A stretch of DNA of 64,000 nucleotides from Negativicutes bacterium (GTDB lineage Bacteria > Bacillota > Negativicutes > UBA1444). A program made the translations under genes and the position numbers. Of the stretch, positions 1 through 10,095 are shown piece by piece. How positions within the stretch are numbered: the first letter of the stretch is position 1; each line of letters opens with the position of its first letter. The stretch covers positions 32,001 through 96,000 of the forward strand of contig CAXXIN010000014.1 of the NCBI GenBank assembly GCA_963665275.2. Direction: 5' to 3'. Below the pieces are notes generated by a model. That model saw nothing but the letters and a program-made list of their open reading frames with translations. It ran no database searches and was not told where the DNA came from.

Positions 1-1074
1 TATGAAGCACATGAAGCGATGGGCGGTAAAATGGAGCAAGTCATTCCCCGTTCCCGTCTGCCGCATGAAACGCTCGAGAAAGAACTGGCGCGGATTGAGT
101 CGATAGGCGTAAAATTCGTCACCAATTTCTCGGTAGATAAAGACAAGTTTAAAGTTCTTCAAAAAGAAAACGACGCCGTAGTATTAGCGAGCGGCGGACA
201 TGTGACCCGAATCATCCCGTGGCCTGGAAATGAAAGAATTGTGAAAGGCCTCGACTTCCTCAAGGCTGTCAATCGGGGCGAACAAGTGCCGGTTGGCAAA
301 AGAGTCATCGTAATCGGCTGCGGCAACTCCGGAATGGACGCGGCTGTGGGCGCATACCAGATGGGAGCTGAGCAGGTGGTCTGCATCGACGTGCAGCGTC
401 CGGCCGCCTATCAAAAGGAAATCGATCACGTCCAAGAACTGGGCGGTGAACTGCAATGGCCTGTATTTACAAAAGAAGTCACCTCCGACGGAATTATCAC
501 ACAGACCGGCGCGTTGATTAAAGGGGATATGGTGATCATCACCATCGGTGAAAGCCCGGATCTGAGCTACTTGCCGGAGGAGATTGCTTTGGAGCGTGGT
601 TACTTGAAACCTGCCGCTGACCTGAGTGTTGCCGAGGGGATCTTCACGGCTGGCGACACAACCAAACCAGGGCGGCTGGTTGACGCGATTGGCGCCGGTC
701 GTCAGGCAGCTCTGGCAGTTAATGCGTATCTCTTGAGCGAAAAATTCGTTGCGGAACAGAAGAGCCGCGTGCCGGCTGCGCGGATAAAAACAGCATATTT
801 TAAAAAATGCCATTCCTGCGAATTGCCAGCGGTAAAGGATGAATATACTCGCTGCATAAGCTGCGGAACGTGCAGGGACTGCCATATGTGCGTCAAATCC
901 TGTCCGGAAAATGCAATATCGCGCATTCAGAATCTGGAAAATAGCGGTGGATATGAGTATGTGGTCGATGCAAATAAATGTATCGGCTGCGGAATCTGCG
1001 CCGGGATATGCCCATCGGGCATATGGGCGATGTATAACAATGCCGAGCCAATTCCCATGTATAAAGTCATTTAA
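1..1074 (+). CDS. FAD-dependent oxidoreductase with C-terminal 4Fe-4S dicluster (GltD-like), 5' truncated by window edge
   Basis: Frame open from base 1; VIGCGNSGMD dinucleotide motif, FTAGD, two CxxCxxCxxxCP ferredoxin motifs. Confidence 0.85.
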   Translation, partial: YEAHEAMGGKMEQVIPRSRLPHETLEKELARIESIGVKFVTNFSVDKDKFKVLQKENDAVVLASGGHVTRIIPWPGNERIVKGLDFLKAVNRGEQVPVGKRVIVIGCGNSGMDAAVGAYQMGAEQVVCIDVQRPAAYQKEIDHVQELGGELQWPVFTKEVTSDGIITQTGALIKGDMVIITIGESPDLSYLPEEIALERGYLKPAADLSVAEGIFTAGDTTKPGRLVDAIGAGRQAALAVNAYLLSEKFVAEQKSRVPAARIKTAYFKKCHSCELPAVKDEYTRCISCGTCRDCHMCVKSCPENAISRIQNLENSGGYEYVVDANKCIGCGICAGICPSGIWAMYNNAEPIPMYKVI

Positions 1075-1077
1075 TAT

Positions 1078-1106
1078 TTGACAAGCAATCGACGCCGATC
1101 TATAAT
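1078..1106 (+). promoter_or_regulatory. sigma70/A promoter
   Basis: TTGACA (1078-1083), 17 nt, TATAAT (1101-1106): perfect consensus. Confidence 0.8.
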
Positions 1107-1153
1107 TATTCAAGTAAGTGCGTGATCAACGCACGATTGCGAAATTCCCAATG

Positions 1154-1187
1154 AAGGGATAAGACGGAGGTCTTATCCCTTTTTTTT
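1154..1187 (+). terminator. Rho-independent terminator
   Basis: AAGGGATAAGAC-GGAG-GTCTTATCCCTT followed by a T run. Confidence 0.85.
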
Positions 1188-1263
1188 GTAAAAAAAGGCA
1201 CATTTTCGTAACTTAGGGGGAATTGGACCGCTTAAAATGACAACCGATGCTCCGTACGACATA

Positions 1264-1308
1264 AAGTGTCCGATCGTTATTGACACTTGTCCTACGTGTA
1301 CATATAAT
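1264..1308 (+). promoter_or_regulatory. liv operon promoter with overlapping inverted-repeat operator
   Basis: TTGACA 1280-1285, 17 nt, TATAAT 1303-1308; AAGTGTC...GACACTT inverted repeat over the -35. Confidence 0.75.
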
Positions 1309-1378
1309 ATCAACAGGTATAAAAACAAGGAACCGTTGGAGGATCCAGCGGGCGGAAACATCCCTACGCACAACAGCG

Positions 1379-1414
1379 AGACTGGAACCGAGGTGGATTC
1401 GGTTCAGTCTTTTT
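1379..1414 (+). terminator. Terminator-like hairpin in livH leader (possible attenuator)
   Basis: AGACTG(G)AACCGA-loop-TCGGTTCAGTCT plus TTTT, between promoter and start codon. Confidence 0.6.
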
Positions 1415-1469
1415 CTGTTCTGCAACGTAATGGAAACGAGTTCGGATTTGGCAACAAGGAGGCAAAGGC

Positions 1470-2366
1470 ATGGAATCTTCATCGTTAATGCAACAGTTCT
1501 TTCAACAGTTGATCAATGGCGTTTCCCTCGGCAGTATTTATGCGCTGATTGCCTTAGGCTACACGATGGTCTACGGTATTATTCGCCTGATCAATTTTGC
1601 CCATGGAGACATTTACATGTTGGGAGCATATGCCGGATATTTTGCGACAACTTATTTTAAGATGTCGTTCATTCCAGCGTTACTGTTTTCAATGGTAATC
1701 GCGGCGATCGTAGGGATGTTGATCGAGCGGCTGGCATATCGTCCGCTGCGTGGTGCACCCAAGATCGCCATTTTGATTACGGCGATCGGCGTGTCGCTTC
1801 TGTTAGAATATGGCGGGATTATTTTGGTAACACCGCAACCCCGGACTTTTCCCGAGCTGTTTCCGACAGCAACCTACAATTTCTGGGGCATGGTTGTCAA
1901 TAGTCAGCAGATAGTGATTTTGGCGATTTCGCTGGCGCTGATGTTTATTCTGACTTATGTAGTCAACAAGACGAAAGTTGGCAAGGCGATGCGCGCGGTT
2001 TCATTTGATACCGATGCAGCTCGTCTCATGGGTATCAACGTGGACCGGATCATCTCATTCACCTTTGCCATTGGGTCGAGTCTTGCGGCTGCGGCAGGGA
2101 TACTGGTCGGCATCTATTACAACTCGATTGATCCGCTGATGGGAATCATGCCAGGTCTTAAAGCTTTCGTAGCGGCGGTGCTCGGCGGGATCGGTGTGAT
2201 CCCGGGCGCCATGGTCGGCGGCATTTTGCTCGGCGTTATCGAAGCACTGGTCAGCGGTTTCTTATCTTCGACTTTCCGTGACGCCGCGGCGTTTATAATT
2301 CTGATCGTCATTCTGTTGTTCAAACCGTCAGGTTTGTTCGGCAAGAATATTCGCGAGAAAGTGTAG
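1470..2366 (+). CDS. livH: Branched-chain amino acid ABC permease
   Basis: QQLINGVSLGSIYALIALGYTMVYGII..INFAHG signature. Confidence 0.95.
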   Translation: MESSSLMQQFFQQLINGVSLGSIYALIALGYTMVYGIIRLINFAHGDIYMLGAYAGYFATTYFKMSFIPALLFSMVIAAIVGMLIERLAYRPLRGAPKIAILITAIGVSLLLEYGGIILVTPQPRTFPELFPTATYNFWGMVVNSQQIVILAISLALMFILTYVVNKTKVGKAMRAVSFDTDAARLMGINVDRIISFTFAIGSSLAAAAGILVGIYYNSIDPLMGIMPGLKAFVAAVLGGIGVIPGAMVGGILLGVIEALVSGFLSSTFRDAAAFIILIVILLFKPSGLFGKNIREKV

Positions 2367-3338
2367 GTGGCTGCGATGAGAAGTAAAATGAAACTCGATT
2401 TGTCAGCATTGGCTACCTGCTTTGCTATCTATGCCATAATTATGGCGCTGATGGAGACAGAAGTGATCGGCGCCTTTTGGCAGCTGAATATTGTGCTGAT
2501 CTGCATCAATATTATTCTGGCCGTCAGCCTTAACCTGATTACTGGTTTTACTGGCCAATTTTCTATCGGGCATGCTGGATTCATGGCAGTTGGCGCCTAT
2601 GTGTCGGCAGTGTTCACCGTCAAACTGGGCATGTCTTTTGCCCTCGCGATCTTAGCTGGCGCCGGCGCTGCTGCGATATTGGGCTTTGCCATCGGTTTGC
2701 CAACGCTGCGATTGCAAGGCGATTATCTGGCAATTGCCACATTGGGCCTGGGCGAAATCATCCGCATCACGATCCTCAATATTCCATATGTCGGTGGTGC
2801 ATCCGGGCTGATGGGAATTCCTCGTTATACGAACTTTACCTGGGCGTTCTTTGCGATGGTGATCACCATCTTCTTCATTAAGAATTTTATCAATTCCAGT
2901 CATGGTCGTGCCTGTATCTCCATCCGCGAAAACGAAATTGCGGCGGAAGCGATGGGAGTGGACACAACCAAGTACAAGGTCCTCGCTTTCACTATCGGTG
3001 CTGCTTTTGCCGGTGTGGCTGGCGGGCTGTTCGCCCACTATTTTTACATTGCGCACCCCGCTTCGTTTACCTTCATGAAATCTTTCGATATTCTGACGAT
3101 GGTGGTGCTAGGTGGATTGGGCAGTATTTCCGGCTCGATAACGTCTGCCATCCTTCTGACCTTTATATCAGCAGGGTTGGCCAGTTATCCTGAATGGCGT
3201 ATGGTCATTTATGCGCTGTTGCTAATCGTTTTGATGATCTATCGACCGCAGGGATTGTTCGGTAACAAGGAGATCAGCCTGAAGATCTTCAGCCGCATTT
3301 TGGGAGGTGGTAAGCATGGCACTGCTCAAAATAAATAA
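2367..3338 (+). CDS. livM: Branched-chain amino acid ABC permease
   Basis: GFTGQFSIGHAGF and RLQGDYLAIATLG motifs. Confidence 0.95.
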   Translation: MAAMRSKMKLDLSALATCFAIYAIIMALMETEVIGAFWQLNIVLICINIILAVSLNLITGFTGQFSIGHAGFMAVGAYVSAVFTVKLGMSFALAILAGAGAAAILGFAIGLPTLRLQGDYLAIATLGLGEIIRITILNIPYVGGASGLMGIPRYTNFTWAFFAMVITIFFIKNFINSSHGRACISIRENEIAAEAMGVDTTKYKVLAFTIGAAFAGVAGGLFAHYFYIAHPASFTFMKSFDILTMVVLGGLGSISGSITSAILLTFISAGLASYPEWRMVIYALLLIVLMIYRPQGLFGNKEISLKIFSRILGGGKHGTAQNK

Positions 3339-4083
3339 ACTGACCAAAGAATTCGGCGGATTGAAAGCCGTTTCCAACTTTAACATGGAGATCAACAAAG
3401 GCGAACTGGTTGGATTGATTGGCCCGAATGGAGCAGGAAAGACAACAGCATTCAATCTAATGACGGGGGTTTATGAACCCACCTCCGGACAGATTGATTT
3501 CGACGGAAAAAGTTTGCTGGGGCTAAAACCTTATCAGGTTACACAACATGGAATTGCCAGGACGTTCCAAAACATCCGCCTGTTCTCCGATTTAACGGTG
3601 ATCGACAACGTCAAGATTGCTTATCATTTTCACGTGAAGTATGGGATTGCAGAAGCGGTCATGCGGGTCGGGCGTTATTACCCAGAGGAGGACGTCATCG
3701 AGCAGAAAGCGCTGGAGTGCCTGAAGATGTTCAAACTAGATGACCGGCGAGATGAAATCGCCCGTAATTTGCCGTACGGCGAACAACGTCGCCTAGAAAT
3801 CGCCAGGGCGTTGGCAGCCGAGCCGCAACTGCTGCTGTTGGACGAACCGGCAGCCGGTATGAATCCTCAAGAAACGCATGAATTGATGGAGATGATTCGT
3901 TGGATCCGTGACGAACTGAAACTGACGATTCTGCTGATCGAACATGATATGAGTCTCGTCATGGGCGTCTGCGAAAGAATATATGTGTTGGATTACGGGA
4001 GCATCATCGCGGCGGGAACTCCGCTGGAAATCCGAAGCAATCCACGCGTAATCGAGGCTTACCTCGGTGAGGAGGTGCATTGA
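3316..4083 (+). CDS. livG: Branched-chain amino acid ABC ATPase
   Basis: GPNGAGKTT, GIARTFQNIRLF, LLDEPAAG. Confidence 0.95.
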   Translation: MALLKINKLTKEFGGLKAVSNFNMEINKGELVGLIGPNGAGKTTAFNLMTGVYEPTSGQIDFDGKSLLGLKPYQVTQHGIARTFQNIRLFSDLTVIDNVKIAYHFHVKYGIAEAVMRVGRYYPEEDVIEQKALECLKMFKLDDRRDEIARNLPYGEQRRLEIARALAAEPQLLLLDEPAAGMNPQETHELMEMIRWIRDELKLTILLIEHDMSLVMGVCERIYVLDYGSIIAAGTPLEIRSNPRVIEAYLGEEVH

Positions 4084-4787
4084 TGCTAAAGGTCGAAAAT
4101 ATTAATGTATATTATGGAGCCATTCATGCACTCAAGGGAATTACCGTCGAAGTGAAGGAAGGCGAGATCGTCACGCTGATTGGCGCCAACGGTGCAGGGA
4201 AAAGTACGATTTTGCGAACGATATCCGGCCTTTTGAGAGCCAAGACCGGCGATATCAAATTCGAAGGAAAATCCATTGCTTCCACCGCAGCTGAAGATAT
4301 TGTCTGTCGGGGGATCAGCCAGGTTCCCGAGGGACGCCGGATTTTTGCCAACATGACGGTGGAAGAAAATCTTGAGCTAGGCGCTTATATTCGAAATGAC
4401 AAGAAGGGAATCCGCAAGGACATTGACAAGGTTTTTGAACGATTTTCCCGTTTGGGTGAACGCCGTTCGCAAATCGCTGGAACATTGTCCGGCGGTGAAC
4501 AGCAAATGCTGGCCATCGGACGAGGATTGATGAGCCAACCGCGCCTGATGCTATTGGATGAGCCATCCATGGGCCTTGCGCCTCTTCTGGTGAAGGAAAT
4601 TTTCTCAATCATCAAGGAGATTAATGCTAGTGGGACAACGATCCTGCTCGTGGAACAGAATGCACACATGGCGCTATCAATTGCCCACAAGGCCTATGTG
4701 CTCGAAACCGGACGGATTATTCTTTCCGGCTCAGCGAAGGAACTTTCCGAGAGCGAAGAGGTTCGCAAGGCTTATCTCGGCGGTTAA
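4080..4787 (+). CDS. livF: Branched-chain amino acid ABC ATPase
   Basis: GANGAGKST, LSGGEQQMLA, LDEPSMGLAP. Confidence 0.95.
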   Translation: MMLKVENINVYYGAIHALKGITVEVKEGEIVTLIGANGAGKSTILRTISGLLRAKTGDIKFEGKSIASTAAEDIVCRGISQVPEGRRIFANMTVEENLELGAYIRNDKKGIRKDIDKVFERFSRLGERRSQIAGTLSGGEQQMLAIGRGLMSQPRLMLLDEPSMGLAPLLVKEIFSIIKEINASGTTILLVEQNAHMALSIAHKAYVLETGRIILSGSAKELSESEEVRKAYLGG

Positions 4788-4825
4788 CTACCAGATCATA
4801 AAATTGCGAAAGGGGCGACAAAGAG

Positions 4826-5470
4826 ATGTTTGTAGTAAAACGAATGACTCCCAACCCCAAGACGATTGAATCTACAGCAACAATCGCCGACGCATCGGAA
4901 CTGATGCGGAATTATAAGATCAGACGGTTGCCGGTAGTGGATAACGGGACGCTGGTGGGCATCGTCACCGACCGTGACCTGCGGTCGGTATCCCCTTCAC
5001 CCGCCACGACGCTATCAATATTTGAACTGAATTATCTCCTGGCAAAAATGCAAGTCAAAGATATCATGCATAAAGATGTCGTAACGATCAATGTGAGCGC
5101 AACAATCGAAGAAGCGGCATTGTCGATGTCCAACCATCATATCGCTGGACTTGTCGTTGTGGATGCAATTGGCGGCGTAGTTGGTATCATCACCGAGACC
5201 GATATTTTCAACAGTTTCGTCGAGATCATGGGCCTTAAGGAAGGAAAAACTCGATTTACCTTCAGCGTATCGGATCAGGTTGGCGTATTGCATGAAATCA
5301 CAGGGATCTTTAAAGAATTGAACATCAACATCAGTAGCTTGGCCACATATACCACAGATAGCGGCGGCGGCGAACTGATCATCCGCTTCAATGCGCAAGA
5401 TACCACGGAACTTACGAAACGTCTGACAGCGATTGGCTATGCACCCCAGCACATCGTTCAAATTGGATGA
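4826..5470 (+). CDS. CBS-pair plus ACT domain protein (AcuB-like)
   Basis: Two CBS repeats (LPVVD..LVGIVTDRD; GIITETD) and a C-terminal ACT (DQVGVLHEI). Confidence 0.9.
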   Translation: MFVVKRMTPNPKTIESTATIADASELMRNYKIRRLPVVDNGTLVGIVTDRDLRSVSPSPATTLSIFELNYLLAKMQVKDIMHKDVVTINVSATIEEAALSMSNHHIAGLVVVDAIGGVVGIITETDIFNSFVEIMGLKEGKTRFTFSVSDQVGVLHEITGIFKELNINISSLATYTTDSGGGELIIRFNAQDTTELTKRLTAIGYAPQHIVQIG

Positions 5471-5612
5471 ACCCTAAAATAGTCATAAAACACTGTGGAC
5501 CGCACGCGGGACGCAGTGTTTTTCTTTGCCGTAACAGTAAAGAATGTTGTACAATAAGAGACGGAATTCAAGTATGGTCATGGTACATAGCGAGGAAAGG
5601 AGGCGGGACGGC

Positions 5613-6638
5613 ATGAAATTGACTAATTTCACGAAAAGGGGCGGTTGAGCTGCTAAAATAGGGCCGGGTGCCCTATCCGACGTTCTCGCCAAACTGCCGC
5701 CGATTCACGACCCTAGAGTACTTGTCGGGATCGACACTTCCGATGATGCCGGCGTATATCTTCTAAACGATGAAACGGCGTTGATCCAGACCCTCGATTT
5801 CTTCACGCCGATTGTTGATGACCCGTATCTGTTCGGTCAAATCGCGGCAGCCAACAGTCTCAGCGATGTCTACGCCATGGGTGGCAAACCATTGACAGCC
5901 ATGAATATTGTCACTTTTCCTGTGTGCCGTCTGGATGCAGAGGTTTTACTTGCCATACTCAGCGGTGGTCAGCAGAAGATTGCGGAGGCCGGCGCGGTGA
6001 TGGTCGGCGGACACACCATTGACGACGACGAGCCCAAGTACGGGCTCAGTGTGACAGGCACGGTTCATCCGTCCAGAATCCTGACCAATGCTGGCGCACA
6101 GGTTGGCGATGCCTTGATTCTGACCAAAGCCATCGGCACCGGCGTGCTATACACCGCTCTACGGGCGGAGCTTTTCGCGGACGGCGTGACCGCCGCAGCC
6201 CAAAGCATGGCGCAACTGAACCGATATGCGGCGGAAGTCATGGAAAAATACACGGTGCACTCTTGCACCGATATCACTGGGTTTGGTCTACTCGGCCATG
6301 CCTATGAAATGTCCTCTGCCAGCGGCGTGGAGCTGCAAATCGACAGCGGGGCGATTCCGTTGTTGCCGGATGCTGCTGCTGCCGCCACGATGGGCCTTGT
6401 TCCGGCAGGGGCATATGCCAATCGGGAATATCTGAAGCTGATCTTTTTTGATTCGGGTGTGCCGGTGAATATTCAGGACCTGTTGTTCGATCCGCAAACC
6501 TCGGGAGGGTTGCTGATTAGTTTGCCATCTGAGCAGGCGGAATCAATCGTACAGGAAATGAAATCAGCCGGAGTTGCTGCGGCAACCTGCATCGGAAGAG
6601 TCGTCAAGAAAGGGAAAGGACAAATCAATGTCAAATGA
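5613..6638 (+). CDS. selD: Selenide, water dikinase (selenoprotein; TGA at 5646-5648 read as Sec)
   Basis: AGGAGG RBS, then MKLTNFTKRGG-U-AAKIGP...DTSDDAGVY..IQTLDFFTP in frame with ORF 5781-6638; DITGFGL and DPQTSGGLL motifs. Confidence 0.93.
5658..5676 (+). promoter_or_regulatory. Putative bacterial SECIS hairpin
   Basis: ATAGGGC-CGGGT-GCCCTAT stem-loop beginning 10 nt after the in-frame TGA. Confidence 0.65.
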
Positions 6639-7251
6639 AAAGGAACAAAATAATACGACACTGGATTGCCGGGGACTTGCCTGCCCCCAGCCGGTAATTT
6701 TGACGAAAAAAGCGCTTGATCAGCGGCCCGAAGCGCTGACCGTAATCGTGGACAATGCTGCCGCGAAAGAGAACGTTGCCAAATTTGCTTCAGCCGGCGG
6801 ATATGGCGTAAGCATCGAAGCGGCGGGCGGGCTATATCATGTCAGGATGCTCGCGGGAACGAACATTGCTCAGCCAACAGCTCCTGCGCCCGCGACAGAA
6901 TTGTCAGCGACAGACGAACGACCGGTTTTTTTGATTTCCAAGGACACGCTGGGCCATGGGAGTGACACGCTCGGCGCAATATTGATCAAATCCTTCTTTG
7001 TTTCCCTGCTGGAAACGAATCCTTTGCCAAAAACGATCATGCTGATTAATTCCGGTGTGTATCTTGCAGCGCAGGAATCACCCGTTTTACCGGCGATGCA
7101 GGAACTCTCCGGTAGAGGGGTAAACATTCTGGTTTGCGGCACTTGCCTCGACTATTTCGAACTCAAGGAAAAATTGGCGGTAGGATCGGTGACTAATATG
7201 TACTCCATTCTGAACGAACTTACAGGATCAAGTTGCGCCATTACGTTATGA
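6628..7251 (+). CDS. yedF: Sulfurtransferase-like selenium metabolism protein (TusA plus DsrE-like domains)
   Basis: LDCRGLACPQPVI and CGTCLDYF motifs; overlaps selD stop. Confidence 0.9.
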   Translation: MSNEKEQNNTTLDCRGLACPQPVILTKKALDQRPEALTVIVDNAAAKENVAKFASAGGYGVSIEAAGGLYHVRMLAGTNIAQPTAPAPATELSATDERPVFLISKDTLGHGSDTLGAILIKSFFVSLLETNPLPKTIMLINSGVYLAAQESPVLPAMQELSGRGVNILVCGTCLDYFELKEKLAVGSVTNMYSILNELTGSSCAITL

Positions 7252-7499
7252 ACCGACTGATCGTCTTTGATTCCGTGCATCATGCGATCCGGGTCGAACG
7301 CTTGCTGCAGCAGGTGGGAATCGCGGTGGAGATGATCCCGACTCCGCGGGAAATAACAGCCAGCTGCGGACAAAGCGTTGCTTTCAACGATACTGACGCT
7401 GAAGTCGTCCAGCGGGTTCTGGGACAGGAAAAAATACAATTTCGTGGCGTTTATTCATCGTCGGCTGAGAGTAGAAGATATGAACTGCTCTGGCGATAA
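7248..7499 (+). CDS. DUF3343 (putative Se/S carrier-like) protein
   Basis: FDSVHHAI...IPTPREITASCG motif; ATGA overlap with yedF. Confidence 0.8.
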   Translation: MNRLIVFDSVHHAIRVERLLQQVGIAVEMIPTPREITASCGQSVAFNDTDAEVVQRVLGQEKIQFRGVYSSSAESRRYELLWR

Positions 7500-7542
7500 G
7501 CAAGCAGCGTTAATAGCGAACTAGAGGGAGAACGGGTGAAAT

Positions 7543-7740
7543 ATGCCGATCAAATTGGAGCTGGGCGATATCGCCAAAATGAAGAAAGCTCATCCCTGCG
7601 GCTCCGACCGCTGGGAAATCGTTCGTACCGGCATGGACATCGGTATCAAGTGCCTGGGGTGTGGACGCCGCGTCCTCGTTCCCCGGCCAAAATTTGAGAA
7701 GGCGCTGAAAACGCTGGAAACGAAGAAGGAGAATCCATAA
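7543..7740 (+). CDS. DUF951 family protein
   Basis: MKKAHPCGS.RWEIVRTGMDI.IKC..CG; usual position upstream of ychF. Confidence 0.9.
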   Translation: MPIKLELGDIAKMKKAHPCGSDRWEIVRTGMDIGIKCLGCGRRVLVPRPKFEKALKTLETKKENP

Positions 7741-8847
7741 ATGAGCACTTCACTTGAAGTTGGTATCGTCGGTTTACCCAATGTAGGCAAAAGCACCCTG
7801 TTCAATGCTATTACCAAAGCCGGGGCGGAGGCTGCCAACTATCCCTTCTGCACGATTGAGCCCAACGTCGGCATTGTGGAAGTGCCTGACGAGCGGTTGT
7901 GGAAGTTGGCCGAAATGTTCAATCCCAAAAAAACGACACCTACAGCGATGAAGTTCGTGGATATCGCGGGCCTGGTAAAAGGCGCCTCCACCGGCGAGGG
8001 TCTTGGCAACAAGTTTCTCGCCCATATCCGCGAAGTGGATGCCGTGTTGCAAGTCGTGCGCTGCTTCGCCGACGACAACGTCACCCATGTGGAAGGCGGC
8101 ATCGATCCGTTGCGGGATATTGAAATCATCAATACGGAGTTGTGCCTGGCCGACATCGAAACAGTGGAGAAACGAATCCCCAAATCCCAGCGCCTGTTGA
8201 AAAGCGGCGACAAGAAGATTTTGGGCGAAATGGAACTGTTGAAGCGAATTCTGGGTGAGCTCTCCGAAGGCAAACCGGCGCGGCGGCAAGGACTGACGGC
8301 GGAAGAGCTTGAGAGTGTGCGCGACATGAATCTGCTGACACTGAAACCGATCATGTACGTGGCGAACGTCGGAGAAGACGAAGTCGGTGCAGGCGTGGCG
8401 AATGCCGGGGTGGAAATAATCCGCAAATACAGCAGAGAAGAAAACTCTGAAGTCGTCGTTATCTCAGCCCGTATTGAATCGGAAATCGCCGAATTGTCGG
8501 AAGAGGAATCGAAGGCGTTTTTGGAGGAGCTTGGTTTACCGGAAAGCGGCCTGGCTCAACTAATCAAAGCCTCGTATAAACTGCTGGGGCTGATGCACTT
8601 CTTCACGGCTGGTGAACCAGAAGTTCGTGCCTGGACCATTCGCAGGGGAACCAAGGCGCCACAGGCGGCCGGCAAGATCCACACTGACATTGAACGAGGT
8701 TTCATCCGGGCGGAAATCGTCAACTTTGACGACCTGGTGGCTTGCGGCAGTCAGAATGCAGCCCGTGAAAAAGGACTGGTACGTCTGGAAGGCAAGGAAT
8801 ATGAGATGAAAGATGGCGATGTCGTTTATTTCCGCTTTAATGTGTAA
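7741..8847 (+). CDS. ychF: Ribosome-binding ATPase YchF
   Basis: GIVGLPNVGKSTLFNA, NYPFCTIEPN, TGS domain. Confidence 0.97.
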   Translation: MSTSLEVGIVGLPNVGKSTLFNAITKAGAEAANYPFCTIEPNVGIVEVPDERLWKLAEMFNPKKTTPTAMKFVDIAGLVKGASTGEGLGNKFLAHIREVDAVLQVVRCFADDNVTHVEGGIDPLRDIEIINTELCLADIETVEKRIPKSQRLLKSGDKKILGEMELLKRILGELSEGKPARRQGLTAEELESVRDMNLLTLKPIMYVANVGEDEVGAGVANAGVEIIRKYSREENSEVVVISARIESEIAELSEEESKAFLEELGLPESGLAQLIKASYKLLGLMHFFTAGEPEVRAWTIRRGTKAPQAAGKIHTDIERGFIRAEIVNFDDLVACGSQNAAREKGLVRLEGKEYEMKDGDVVYFRFNV

Positions 8848-8917
8848 ATTTAACTTCGGGGTTGCTTTCCCGCAGCCGTTGTTATAAAATAAATAAGCCT
8901 GAACACTCGGGCATTTA

Positions 8918-8960
8918 CTCCCCTGCCCCAAAGAGGGGCCGATAGTCCAAAGGAGGAGGT
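8918..8960 (+). promoter_or_regulatory. Putative S6:S18 ribosomal protein leader
   Basis: CTCCCCTGCCCC-AAAGA-GGGGC-CG...CCAAAGGAGGAG: hairpin with CCG bulge sequestering the rpsF SD, as in the firmicute S6:S18 leader. Confidence 0.65.
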
Positions 8961-8967
8961 GAACCTG

Positions 8968-9252
8968 TTGAGAAAGTATGAACTCGTATTCATCATCAAA
9001 CCGATGGAAGAAGAAGCAACACAAGCGGTGGTCGCCAAGTTTGAAACCTTGGTAACGAACAATGGTGGCACGATCGAGAAGATCGACCGCTGGGGCAAAC
9101 GCCGTCTGGCCTATCTGGTGAAAGATTTCACCGATGGCTACTACTGCATCTTCCACTTCACCGGCAAGCCCGAAACAGTAGCTGAACTGAATCGCGTGAT
9201 GAAGATTACCGACGACATCTTGCGGCACTTGATCGTAAAAGAAGATGAATAG
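8968..9252 (+). CDS. rpsF: 30S ribosomal protein S6
   Basis: RKYELVFI..WGKRRLAY; TTG start after AGGAGG. Confidence 0.97.
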   Translation: MRKYELVFIIKPMEEEATQAVVAKFETLVTNNGGTIEKIDRWGKRRLAYLVKDFTDGYYCIFHFTGKPETVAELNRVMKITDDILRHLIVKEDE

Positions 9253-9268
9253 TCGGGAGGTCTGATCC

Positions 9269-9670
9269 ATGAACAAGGTGTTTTTACTGGGAAGATTAGT
9301 GCGGGATCCGGAAATCCGGACTACGCAGAGCGGAAAAATGGTCACGACGTTCACTCTGGCCGTGGACCGATTTGGTGGCGGCAAAGACAACGCCGACTTT
9401 ATCACCATCGTAACATGGGATAAATTGGCCGAGAACTGTGGCAACAGCTTGACCAAAGGGCAACGTGCCTTGGTTGAAGGCCGCCTGCAAATCCGCAGCT
9501 TCGAAGGAAAAGATGGCCAAAAACGTTGGGTCACCGAGATCGTTGCCCAGTCAGTGGAGTTCCTGGAACGCCGTAGTAGCGTACCGGCCACTGAAAGCAG
9601 CAACGTACCCCATGACGCGGCAACCCAGTTCGGGCAAGACGTGGCGCCGGATGATGAGATTCCATTCTGA
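9269..9670 (+). CDS. ssb: Single-stranded DNA-binding protein
   Basis: [14 protein letters not shown] and C-terminal DEIPF. Confidence 0.97.
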   Translation: MNKVFLLGRLVRDPEIRTTQSGKMVTTFTLAVDRFGGGKDNADFITIVTWDKLAENCGNSLTKGQRALVEGRLQIRSFEGKDGQKRWVTEIVAQSVEFLERRSSVPATESSNVPHDAATQFGQDVAPDDEIPF

Positions 9671-9690
9671 TGCAAGGAGGGTTCAGTAAA

Positions 9691-9921
9691 GTGAGACGGG
9701 AAAAAGGAAGACGACCCCGCAAAAAAGTCTGCAGTTTTTGCGTGGATAAAATTGACTCCATCAACTATAAAGAAATTGGCCGATTGCAGCGGTATGTCAG
9801 CGAACGGGGGAAGATTCTTCCTCGGCGGATTTCTGGCAACTGTGCTAAACATCAGCGTCAAGTGACACTTGCCGTTAAACGGGCTCGCAGTATTGCACTG
9901 CTGCCTTTCACGACGGAGTAA
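9691..9921 (+). CDS. rpsR: 30S ribosomal protein S18 (Zn-binding form)
   Basis: CSFC...[20 protein letters not shown]. Confidence 0.97.
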   Translation: MRREKGRRPRKKVCSFCVDKIDSINYKEIGRLQRYVSERGKILPRRISGNCAKHQRQVTLAVKRARSIALLPFTTE

Positions 9922-10095
9922 GTTGAAACGCCGGACAGGCAATGAAATGAGAGGCCGTTTTTTCGGTCGCTCATTTTTTTTCTTTCCAGAATAGAATGGC
10001 GAATATCCCGGTAAACTAACACATAGGAGTATCTCTCGGCAGGAAACTGACAGTATTGGGCGAATTCCTTTCCGTATTGATAAATGAGGTGAACT

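Noticed and set aside
1315-1414. T-box or ppGpp riboswitch upstream of livH
   Set aside because: No T-box consensus or specifier stem, too short, and no ykkC-type conserved motifs.
8560-9942. 460-aa minus-strand ORF
   Set aside because: Antisense shadow of ychF, rpsF, ssb and rpsR; no recognisable motifs.
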